From Acaryochloris thomasi RCC1774 (lineage in GTDB: Bacteria; Cyanobacteriota; Cyanobacteriia; Thermosynechococcales; Thermosynechococcaceae): a DNA stretch of 32,000 bases. The DNA is taken from positions 390,001 to 422,000 of the forward strand of contig NZ_PQWO01000003.1 of NCBI RefSeq assembly GCF_003231495.1, given 5' to 3'. This document shows, one piece after another, positions 25,088 to 32,000 of this stretch. The number at the start of each line of letters is the position of its first letter. The stretch's first letter is position 1. The notes below the pieces were generated by a model that was not told the origin of the DNA, ran no database searches, and saw nothing but the letters and a program-made list of their open reading frames with translations. Position numbers and translations under genes: made by a program.

Positions 25088-25906
25088 ATGAAGCAAACGT
25101 TAGCCGATTTGTTCATAGATGCAGCAATTTCTCTCCCGGCTTCTCTGCAATCTATCCCCCTACAGGCTGAGGCAAGAGCCGGCACCTTCGTCTCTGCAGT
25201 GGCGCTTCAGCTTGCGAGTCAGCAGTCGGCGGCAGAGGTTGCCCAGGCGCTCCTGGCGGCGGTGCCCGTCACGCAGGGGCTGAAGCTGTGGGTAAAAGCA
25301 CCGGCCTGGATTTATGGGCAGTTTTCGGCAGATGCGATCGCAACCCATCTCCAGCAGCTCACGGCCTTCCCCCCCCGCCTACCCTTGCCAAGTCCAGCCG
25401 CGCTGGACGCTAGCTTTAGCGATCCTCTTTTGTTCCCAGTCCAGTACGCCCATGCTCGCTGTTGCTCGCTGCTGTGTCTGGCCCAGCGCGAAGGATTGAT
25501 TGATCTGCGGGCTGGCGAGCAAAGATTTCCAACGATCTCTACTCCGATTTCTTGGTGTACAGCACAGGACCAACTTCGACTGCAGCATCCTGCAGAACAG
25601 ACCTTAATTCGATCCCTGCTTGACTTTCCGGGTGCTCTCCAAACACCCAAACAGGTCTGGCGAAGCGATCAATGGCCTGGGGTACCCCTCCCCTGGCCCC
25701 TCGTTCATCAACGCCTCGTTCGCTACACCCAGCAGTGGGGCGAGGACTTTCTACATTTTTATCGAGACTGTCGCATCTTCGGAGAGGTGAGCCAGCAAAA
25801 TCGAGCCTTGAGTCAGGCTCGACTGGGTTTAATCGCCACGACTCAGCGCGTGCTGGCCTTTCTGCTCCAAGATTTGCTGCATCTGATGGCCCCCGAAGAG
25901 CTGTAG
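25088..25906 (+). CDS. DALR anticodon-binding domain protein: arginyl-tRNA-synthetase-like N- and C-terminal domains without the catalytic core
   Basis: The C-terminal half reads VQYAHARCCSLLCLAQ ... EQTLIRSLLDFPGAL ... LVRYTQQWGEDFLHFYRDCRIF ... ARLGLIATTQRVLAFLLQDLLHLMAPEEL. This parallels the ArgRS DALR domain, including the terminal APE-x-(M/L). The N-terminus MKQTLADLFIDAAISL ... GTFVSAVALQLA parallels the ArgRS N-terminal domain. The start is uncertain (ATG 25004, 25016, 25064 or 25088); 25088 avoids overlap with the opposite-strand remnant. Confidence 0.7.
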   Translation: MKQTLADLFIDAAISLPASLQSIPLQAEARAGTFVSAVALQLASQQSAAEVAQALLAAVPVTQGLKLWVKAPAWIYGQFSADAIATHLQQLTAFPPRLPLPSPAALDASFSDPLLFPVQYAHARCCSLLCLAQREGLIDLRAGEQRFPTISTPISWCTAQDQLRLQHPAEQTLIRSLLDFPGALQTPKQVWRSDQWPGVPLPWPLVHQRLVRYTQQWGEDFLHFYRDCRIFGEVSQQNRALSQARLGLIATTQRVLAFLLQDLLHLMAPEEL

Positions 25907-26009
25907 CGTTTCCATTCCCAGCCTCTCTCGCCATGCGTGACCACAGCAAACCTTGACAAGGGGGTATACGTTCCTGAATAATCACGATTGTGTGAGGAGC
26001 GAACATAAC

Positions 26010-26056
26010 AAAAAAGGCATCGAGACGAAACACGGCCAGTCGTCGGTGCCTTTTTT
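26010..26056. terminator. Candidate bidirectional rho-independent terminator
   Basis: AAAAAAGGCATCGAGACG-(loop)-CGTCGGTGCCTTTTTT. The stem is GGCA(T/C)CGA..CG with one wobble and one bulge, flanked by an A-tract upstream and a T-tract downstream. It lies ~100 bp after the DALR-gene stop. Confidence 0.55.
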
Positions 26057-26201
26057 GATGCCTAAATTTAGAGCAAAAGAGAGAGGGACAAAAGCCATTT
26101 CCTGACTAAGACTCCCTCTGGGTCGAGGTTCAGCGTCTTAGTCCGTCGCTCGATTGCAACTGGTGCCCCTAGCCGCTGATCATCAAGATATTAAGTGCAG
26201 C

Positions 26202-27761
26202 ATGGATACAGTTCCCATTATTCGCACCATAGCGGGTCTGCAAAGCTTTCTGCAGATGATGGAGGCCACACCTAAGCCAGCGACGCCTGTGCTAAGCAAA
26301 TTGGGACTAGTGCCCACGATGGGGGCGCTGCATGCAGGGCACCTCAGCCTGATTGAGCGAGCCCGCCACGAGAACCGCTGGGTGATTGTCAGCATTTTCG
26401 TCAATCCACTGCAGTTTGCGCCCACTGAAGATTTAGATCGCTATCCCAGACCCCTAGAGCAGGATCAGCAACGGTGTCAGGCAGCGGGAGTGGACGCGAT
26501 CTTTGCCCCTACCTCCAGCGAGATACTCGGTGACGGTGACGAGGGGCTGACGGCGGTGGTGCCTCCCGCTCACCTTGACGATGGGCTGTGTGGTCCGTTC
26601 AGGCCCGGACACTTTCAGGGCGTGGCGACCATTGTTCTGAAACTTTTGAATCTCGTGCGGCCCGATCGCGCCTACTTCGGCCAAAAGGATGCCCAGCAAT
26701 TAGTCATTATCCAGCGCCTTGTGCAGGATTTGAATGTGCCGGTGGAGATTGTGCCCTGTCCGACTGTGCGGGAAGCCAGCGGTTTAGCGTTGAGTTCTCG
26801 CAATCAATATCTCGACGCCCGAGCAGATGCAGCAATCATCTACCAGGGTCTGCAGGCAGCTCAGCAGCGTTTTGAATCGGGCGTGAGAGAGCGTGAGGCT
26901 TTGCTTAATACCGTTCGTCATCGGCTGGCCCCAGTGCCGGAAGTTGAGATTGAGTATGTTGATCTAGTGGATCCGGTGACGCTGGAGCCACTCTCTGAGG
27001 TTAAGGATGTGGGGAGAGTTGCGATCGCAACCAAATTCAGCAACACACGCCTGATCGACAACATTTTGCTAGACGCTCGCCCCCCCATCCTCGCCATCGA
27101 TGGTCCAGCAGGCGCAGGTAAATCCACCGTCACTCGTCTCTGCGCCCAACAGTTAGGGCTGAAATATCTAGATACCGGTGCCATGTATCGAGCCATCACC
27201 TGGCTCGTTTTACAATCTCAAATTAAGCTTGACGATCAGCTCGCCATTGCCGATCTCGTCAGCCAAAGTGACATTAAACTGCAGCTAGACGCCAATCCAG
27301 ATCACCCTCCCCGCGTATGGGTGCAACAGCAAGACGTCACGGACACAATTCGCTCCCCAGAGGTAACCCAATCCGTCTCTGCCATTGCCGCCCAAAGCGC
27401 CGTCCGTCAGGCCCTCGTTCGCCAGCAGCGTATCCTCGGTCAATCCGGTGGTCTCGCCGCGGAAGGCCGAGACATCGGGACGCAGGTTTTCCCAGCAGCA
27501 GGTCTGAAAATATTCTTAACAGCCTCTAGCCTAGAGCGCGCTCGGCGACGACATAAAGATCTAGAGCAGCAGGGCGCAGCCCCCATTAGCCTCGAGCAGC
27601 TCGAACAGCAAATTGCCCAACGAGACCAAAAAGATAGTCAACGGTCACTCTCTCCCCTCTGCAAAGCCTATGACGCCATTGAGATCGACACCGATGGACT
27701 CAGCATTGCCGTCGTCACAGATCAAATCGTTCAGCATTACCGGAACCGTTTCGGCATTTAA
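26202..27761 (+). CDS. panC: Bifunctional pantoate--beta-alanine ligase / cytidylate kinase
   Basis: N-terminal half: LGLVPTMGALHAGHLSLI ... VSIFVNPLQF ... YFGQKDAQQ (PanC). C-terminal half: ILAIDGPAGAGKSTVTRL ... YLDTGAMYRA ... GRDIGTQVFP (Cmk). This fusion is established in cyanobacteria. I prefer ATG 26202 over the TTG 26154 in the track. Confidence 0.92.
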   Translation: MDTVPIIRTIAGLQSFLQMMEATPKPATPVLSKLGLVPTMGALHAGHLSLIERARHENRWVIVSIFVNPLQFAPTEDLDRYPRPLEQDQQRCQAAGVDAIFAPTSSEILGDGDEGLTAVVPPAHLDDGLCGPFRPGHFQGVATIVLKLLNLVRPDRAYFGQKDAQQLVIIQRLVQDLNVPVEIVPCPTVREASGLALSSRNQYLDARADAAIIYQGLQAAQQRFESGVREREALLNTVRHRLAPVPEVEIEYVDLVDPVTLEPLSEVKDVGRVAIATKFSNTRLIDNILLDARPPILAIDGPAGAGKSTVTRLCAQQLGLKYLDTGAMYRAITWLVLQSQIKLDDQLAIADLVSQSDIKLQLDANPDHPPRVWVQQQDVTDTIRSPEVTQSVSAIAAQSAVRQALVRQQRILGQSGGLAAEGRDIGTQVFPAAGLKIFLTASSLERARRRHKDLEQQGAAPISLEQLEQQIAQRDQKDSQRSLSPLCKAYDAIEIDTDGLSIAVVTDQIVQHYRNRFGI

Positions 27762-27959
27762 ACCATCAAGTTAAATAGAAGGATATTTTGACCCTTCTCA
27801 CACCTCCACGATCCCCTCAGCGTGAGCTGCAAGATTTTTGATGCATATGCTAGAGTGGGCGTACTTTTGGAGTCAAAATGGGTACGATTAGCTTAGTCGT
27901 ATCTTAGTCGCAACCGAAGCGCGACATCAGCGCATCTCAACAACAACCCGGGTAAGTCT

Positions 27960-29249
27960 ATGGTGATCTCAAAGCGTGGTCTTGTTCTAGGAGCCACTGC
28001 CCTTGTCGGTGCAAGCGTCGTGCTCACTGGAGCGGGCCTGCATTTTTCAAAAAGCTGGGCTCTCTTTAAAGAAAGCCCTAAAGAGATCGTTGATGAAGTT
28101 TGGCAAGTCATCAATCATGACTACGTAGACGGCACCTTCAACGGAACCGACTGGCGCGCCGTGCGCAACAAATATCTAAAGCGGAACTATAGCTCTAACA
28201 AAGAAGCGTACGAAGCCGTCCGCGAAATGCTGGAGCCATTAGAAGATCCCTATACCCGCTTCCTCGATCCAGAGCAGTTTAAAAGCATGCAGATCGATAC
28301 CTCCGGTGAGTTAACTGGGGTCGGTATTCAGATCACCCAGGACGAGAAGAGCAAAGAAATTACCGTTATTTCTCCAATTGAGGGCAGCCCTGCATCTCAG
28401 GTTGGAATTCTGCCTAAGGACGTGATTACGAAGGTCGATACAACCTCAACAGAGGGCCTAGATATCAACGAAGTCGTGGGCTTGATTCGAGGTCCAGTTG
28501 ATTCAGAAGTGATGCTCACCGTTAAGCGGGGAGACGAGCAGCTGAGCTTTACCATCAAACGACAAAGAATCGAACTCCACGCCGTTGAGTCAGAGTATCG
28601 CCCCTCTGCTTCGGGTGGGATCGGGTATATTCGCCTGACTCAGTTCAGCAGCAACGCAGCCGCTGACATGCGGATCGCGATCAATAAACTCAAGAAGAAG
28701 GATGCCGCAGGCTATATCCTCGACCTGCGTCTCAATCCTGGTGGGCTTCTATACTCTAGTGCTGAGATTGCCCGGATGTGGATGGATAAAGGCACTATTG
28801 TGTCCACTGTTAACCGCCGAGGTGAAGTTGATCGGCTCACAGCTGGGCGCGGCAAGCTCACCGACAAACCGATGGTGATCTTAGTCGATGGTGGCTCCGC
28901 CAGCGCTAGCGAAATTCTAGCCGGAGCTTTACAGGACAACAATCGTGCAGTGCTTGTGGGCGACAAAACCTTCGGGAAAGGGCTTGTGCAGTCCGTCCAT
29001 CCACTAGAGGATGGCTCAGGCTTAGCCGTTACCATCGCTAAGTACCTCACCCCCAGCGGGCGAGACATTAACAAGAAGGGGATTGAGCCTGACTACACCG
29101 TCAAGCTCTCTGAAGAACAGCTTGAGGAGCGGACTCGAGAGAAGTTCGCAACCTCGGCGGACCCTCAGTACGTTAAAGCCCTAGATATCTTGCTAGAGAA
29201 AATTGTAGCGAAGGATTCAACACAGCTACAGTCGGCTGCGACTGATTAA
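27960..29249 (+). CDS. Carboxyl-terminal processing protease (peptidase S41, Ctp family)
   Basis: An N-terminal anchor/signal is followed by a PDZ region (GVGIQITQDEKSKEITVISPIEGSPASQVGILPKDVI). The catalytic region has LDLRLNPGGLL, VDGGSASASEILAGAL and TFGKGLVQ. Which Ctp paralogue this is cannot be told from sequence alone. Confidence 0.9.
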   Translation: MVISKRGLVLGATALVGASVVLTGAGLHFSKSWALFKESPKEIVDEVWQVINHDYVDGTFNGTDWRAVRNKYLKRNYSSNKEAYEAVREMLEPLEDPYTRFLDPEQFKSMQIDTSGELTGVGIQITQDEKSKEITVISPIEGSPASQVGILPKDVITKVDTTSTEGLDINEVVGLIRGPVDSEVMLTVKRGDEQLSFTIKRQRIELHAVESEYRPSASGGIGYIRLTQFSSNAAADMRIAINKLKKKDAAGYILDLRLNPGGLLYSSAEIARMWMDKGTIVSTVNRRGEVDRLTAGRGKLTDKPMVILVDGGSASASEILAGALQDNNRAVLVGDKTFGKGLVQSVHPLEDGSGLAVTIAKYLTPSGRDINKKGIEPDYTVKLSEEQLEERTREKFATSADPQYVKALDILLEKIVAKDSTQLQSAATD

Positions 29250-29265
29250 GCTGTACATCCATCTC

Positions 29266-29304
29266 TTAGGGCTGCAGGGTTATAACCTTCAGCCCTAGCT
29301 GTTT
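29266..29304 (+). terminator. Candidate rho-independent terminator after the ctp gene
   Basis: A perfect 8-bp stem TAGGGCTG (29266-29273) / CAGCCCTA (29289-29296) has further inner pairing (GGT/ACC). It is followed by GCTGTTTT with a T-run at 29301-29304, 17 bp after the stop codon. Confidence 0.5.
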
Positions 29305-29388
29305 TCGGGACCATCATTACAATCAACTTGATTGAGAGAAACCAGCCTTTCAAGGTAGGATTGGCAAGACGTAAAGAATTGTTGAATC

Positions 29389-29841
29389 ATGGTTGAGCGA
29401 CCCATCAAGAGATCTGAGCGCGCCGAGCGTGGCGACGAAGCCAAGCGCGATGATCGCAGTAAGGGAAAAAAAGGGGGTCGCGGTAAAGGTCGAGGAGATC
29501 GTGAGGAACGCAAGCCTAAAATTTCTCCTGCGTTGATGCGTGGCCCCAAACCCAGTGCAAAGTCAGCCGAGCCGGAACCAGAATCGGTGGAGCCAACGGT
29601 AACGGATGCCGTTGTCGAAGAAAATCCAGAAACAGCTTCAGAAGCCCCGGCTGCGGCAGAGTCTTCATCGGAGGAAGCGACGGCAGCGCCCACTGCAGAG
29701 GCAGCAAAGGACGCGACGACTGCTGTAGAAGAAAGTCCAGAAACAGCTTCAGAAAATCCAGCGACAGCAGAATCTTCGTCTGATACGACAGAGACAGATC
29801 CCGCCGCAGAGGCAGCAGAGCCGGTTGCAGAAGACGTTTAG
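29389..29841 (+). CDS. Intrinsically disordered bipartite protein (basic RG/KG-rich N-terminus, acidic Ala/Glu/Ser/Thr-rich C-terminus)
   Basis: 150-aa ORF: MVERPIKRSERAERGDEAKRDDRSKGKKGGRGKGRGDREERKPKISPALMRGPKPS, then an acidic tail with two 37-aa repeats. I chose this strand because the preceding terminator, the charge pattern and the repeat phase fit it. The opposite-strand ORFs look like low-complexity mirror artefacts. Confidence 0.55.
   Translation: MVERPIKRSERAERGDEAKRDDRSKGKKGGRGKGRGDREERKPKISPALMRGPKPSAKSAEPEPESVEPTVTDAVVEENPETASEAPAAAESSSEEATAAPTAEAAKDATTAVEESPETASENPATAESSSDTTETDPAAEAAEPVAEDV
29614..29835 (+). repeat. Tandem 111-bp (37-codon) in-frame duplication inside the disordered-protein gene
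   Basis: Unit 1 starts GTCGAAGAAAATCCAGAAACAGCTTCAGAA at 29614. Unit 2 starts GTAGAAGAAAGTCCAGAAACAGCTTCAGAA at 29725, with 2 mismatches in the first 30 nt. Both units end in GCAGAGGCAGCA. In protein terms the units are VEENPETASEAPAAAESSS... and VEESPETASENPATAESSS... Confidence 0.75.
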
Positions 29842-29893
29842 CCCTCAATTAGGATGGACAAACTGCGCTAATTTTGTCATCTCTCATGCCTAG

Positions 29894-31867
29894 TTAAGAA
29901 CAAGGCTCAAATGACAATAAGTGCCACTGTGCTTTCAAATCGACTTTCATCCGTTGGCGAGGGCGACCCAATGATTGCCCCGTCAGCCCATCAGTGGCAC
30001 AAATCGTTTGATTTGAATATCCAAGCTGTTGCCAATCTATCTCGATGGAGACCGGTTGACTTCTCGTGCTAGGCAGACTTTTAATCCCCTGGGTACTTAG
30101 GGGATGGGCGAGGGTCTGCGTTTGTACCTGTGAAAAAGATGGCGAGATAATCGACAGCAATGTTTTTTGCTTTTTGGGAGCAGACCAGAGAACAGCCTGA
30201 TAACCCTCGGGTAATGCTTCAATCTTGACCGGCGTCATCGCAGGATCTTTAAATACAGGGGTTAAGGCTTTACGATAGCGCCGTGTCCGGTTAAATGCGG
30301 GTGGTGCCTCAATAGACAATAGTTTGACGTTGTGGCGATCGATATTTTTTTGCTGCTGCTCAGACAGTTCACTCACCGTGGGCGAAATAATGTGTTGGTA
30401 CACTGAGAGATCTCCCTCTGCCAAAATGCGATCATCAATAACGGCGGTGGGGATTTGCTTGTCTAGCAGTAGCTCAAAGACCTCAGTGACGGGACCAGCG
30501 ACGTCGATCCATCGCTTCCGGAGGCTGCGTTTGTTGCGTGACGTCTCACTGAAGTGAACCGCAACACGGCGAACAGGAGCTGCGCCTTCAAACAAAGGCC
30601 CCAATTGTTGATCGAGGGCAAATATTTTCTCTAGAACATCGCGGGGAGTTGCGCCTCGTCGATTAACGGCTGCGGTGATGTTGAGTTCATCGACATCTAC
30701 ATTAGCGACGCCCCCATGCGTGACGACAGCACCAACGGCACTGAAGAGCTGTTCATAGGTGGGGACACCATTGATCCACACGTGGGGAGAGGCCCCTGAA
30801 ATAGTTCGCAGTAGATTCCAGCCCAGGGCCATTTGCACCGCATCTGAGGGTTTGTTGAGCAACAGATCGGGATGGTTGCGAAAGAGTCTGAGGTTGATGC
30901 CGTGGCGCGTGGCAACATGATATTCAGTTTTCGGTATTCCTGCCCGTGCCAGATCCGCCGTCATTTCTGGATTCACCAAGGTCGGTAGTGAGGTAGTGCT
31001 GACAATAAAGGCAAAGTTAGGGTCATTGCGGAATTGCTCTGACCACTCGTTCATCACCTTTGCCATCGCCTTTGCTTGGAACTGCTTGAGTGCCTCTTGG
31101 TACGTGGGAAAGGTTCGTTTTCTACGGGCGAGTCTGGGATTGGCCTGACGAAAGCTCGATTCAAGGGCGGTTCCGTAACAGCCCTCTGGCGGATAGTGGC
31201 GAAAGTCAAGGTAAACCCCATCAGCACCATAGCGCTGCAGCTCTTGCAGCCGTTGGGCGACGACATCACCAAAGGGGCTAGAAATATCTAGGTACTGCCC
31301 TTTTGCCTTATGTCCGGCGGGGGCACCATTGACGGTTTTGCATCCCCATTCGGGATTCAGCTTGAACATCCGCGTGTCGGAGACGTCCCAGTAGTAGGCT
31401 AAGAATTTTCGACCCGCAGCATGGGCCTCTGTAACCATCGGCTGTACTTGATTTTTGACCTGCCTTAGCTGAGGTCGGCCCTGAGCGTCAACGGGGACTG
31501 CGCTGGGCCAAATGGGATCTTCATCCTGGGTTTTTATATGTCGAGTAAAGGCCGGGGCACCTAGTTTTTTGAAGCCTGCGCCAGCCTTTCTATAGGCCTC
31601 CAGCCAAGTCTGGATACGTGGAGGATAGGCGGGTTTACCTTTCTGCGCCCGCCGCTGAGCATTTTTCTTATATCTTGCGTAAGCAAGAGGCGAAATCCGA
31701 CTGTGGGCATGAATGCGATGCGCTTCATACCAATCAGGAACGGCTGCCCCCCGAAAAGGAATCGATTCGACGGGAGCGCATGCGATCGCAGGACTTACCA
31801 GAACCCCAAAGCCAATTGCTAGGGATAGCTTAGTGGTCGGTAAAGACTTTAGTCGGTTTTGACGCAT
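29894..31867 (-). CDS. Secreted (possible lipoprotein) glycoside-hydrolase-like TIM-barrel protein, GH42/GHL6-like with a middle alpha/beta domain
   Basis: 657 aa. The N-terminal signal LSLAIGFGVLVSPAIAC has a lipobox-like Cys. The stretch FLAYYWDVSD ... NPEWGCKTVNG ... QYLDISSPFGDVVAQRLQELQRYGADGVYLDFRHYPPEGCYG resembles the core of GH42/GHL-type putative glycosidases. The later VAVHFSE ... VFELLLDKQIPTAVIDD ... LSVYQHIISP resembles the GH42 middle domain. The family assignment is tentative. Confidence 0.6.
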   Translation of the reverse strand: MRQNRLKSLPTTKLSLAIGFGVLVSPAIACAPVESIPFRGAAVPDWYEAHRIHAHSRISPLAYARYKKNAQRRAQKGKPAYPPRIQTWLEAYRKAGAGFKKLGAPAFTRHIKTQDEDPIWPSAVPVDAQGRPQLRQVKNQVQPMVTEAHAAGRKFLAYYWDVSDTRMFKLNPEWGCKTVNGAPAGHKAKGQYLDISSPFGDVVAQRLQELQRYGADGVYLDFRHYPPEGCYGTALESSFRQANPRLARRKRTFPTYQEALKQFQAKAMAKVMNEWSEQFRNDPNFAFIVSTTSLPTLVNPEMTADLARAGIPKTEYHVATRHGINLRLFRNHPDLLLNKPSDAVQMALGWNLLRTISGASPHVWINGVPTYEQLFSAVGAVVTHGGVANVDVDELNITAAVNRRGATPRDVLEKIFALDQQLGPLFEGAAPVRRVAVHFSETSRNKRSLRKRWIDVAGPVTEVFELLLDKQIPTAVIDDRILAEGDLSVYQHIISPTVSELSEQQQKNIDRHNVKLLSIEAPPAFNRTRRYRKALTPVFKDPAMTPVKIEALPEGYQAVLWSAPKKQKTLLSIISPSFSQVQTQTLAHPLSTQGIKSLPSTRSQPVSIEIDWQQLGYSNQTICATDGLTGQSLGRPRQRMKVDLKAQWHLLSFEPCS

Positions 31868-32000
31868 TGCTGAGGTTCACAGTCCTTCGTATCGGCACAT
31901 CCAGAAATCATAGGACATAATCCTCTGCGAAGGATGAACGCTCAGCTTAAGCCCCCACTCACGGTGCCGACGTTACTCAGTAAGGGCGACAGATCCGGTC

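Noticed and set aside
25539-26033. 164-aa minus-strand ORF, plus several 60-110-aa ORFs on both strands across 25160-25956
   Set aside because: They overlap the DALR-domain gene, whose frame carries strong ArgRS-like motifs. The region is GC-rich, which opens long spurious frames, and the products are Arg/Ala/Pro-rich without motifs.
29295-29848. Minus-strand ORFs of 132 aa and 110 aa opposite the disordered-protein gene
   Set aside because: They are mirror frames of a repetitive GA/GC-rich coding region. The plus-strand frame keeps the 37-codon repeat in phase and follows a terminator. I cannot fully exclude the opposite strand without expression data.
31868-32000. Possible 3' end of another minus-strand gene at the right edge
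   Set aside because: All three minus-strand frames hit a stop within 10-20 codons of the edge, and none can be favoured from so little sequence.
1-32000. Search for CRISPR arrays, transposase/integrase genes, long direct or inverted repeats, and rRNA/tRNA genes
   Set aside because: I saw no regularly spaced repeats, no IS-like terminal inverted repeats, no recombinase motifs in any ORF and no RNA gene signatures. Scanning by eye could miss short or degenerate elements.

Overview
The window looks like an ordinary cyanobacterial chromosomal region. I infer this from 17 perfect copies of the HIP1 octamer GCGATCGC, a fused panC-cmk gene, a Ctp-type S41 protease, a Tic20-like gene and very short intergenic gaps. 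It holds about 28 protein-coding genes on both strands. I found no rRNA, tRNA, CRISPR array, transposase, integrase or phage gene.

The content falls into three groups:
- Housekeeping: glyA, rpsF, purU, panC-cmk, cinA, ctp.
- Envelope and glycan genes: a partial FAD oxidoreductase, a GT2 with C-terminal TM helices, an ArnT/PMT-like GT-C enzyme, a WecA/MraY-like phosphotransferase, and a UDP-xylose synthase plus UDP-glucose dehydrogenase pair.
- Two ABC-2 type transporter loci, one of them a four-gene GldA/GldF/GldG-like plus DUF4340-like cluster.

I cannot see a clear-cut new multi-gene system such as a defence island or mobile cassette, and I say so plainly. The loci least explained by known families are:
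1. A 767-aa single-pass membrane protein (15185-17488) with repeated beta-sandwich-like modules and an HTH-like C-terminus whose inferred topology is paradoxical.
2. A mini arginyl-tRNA synthetase (25088-25906) that keeps the N-terminal and DALR anticodon-binding parts but has no catalytic core.
3. A divergently arranged GT2 / GT-C pair (with an FAD oxidoreductase downstream of the GT2) that resembles a polyprenyl-phosphate-sugar periplasmic glycosylation module, next to a TAG-interrupted ORF.
4. A stand-alone Cas4-like PD-(D/E)XK nuclease convergent with a GNAT-like gene that has a degenerate acetyl-CoA motif.
5. A bipartite basic/acidic disordered protein carrying a 111-bp tandem duplication.

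All functional calls come from reading motifs in the supplied translations. No database search was possible.
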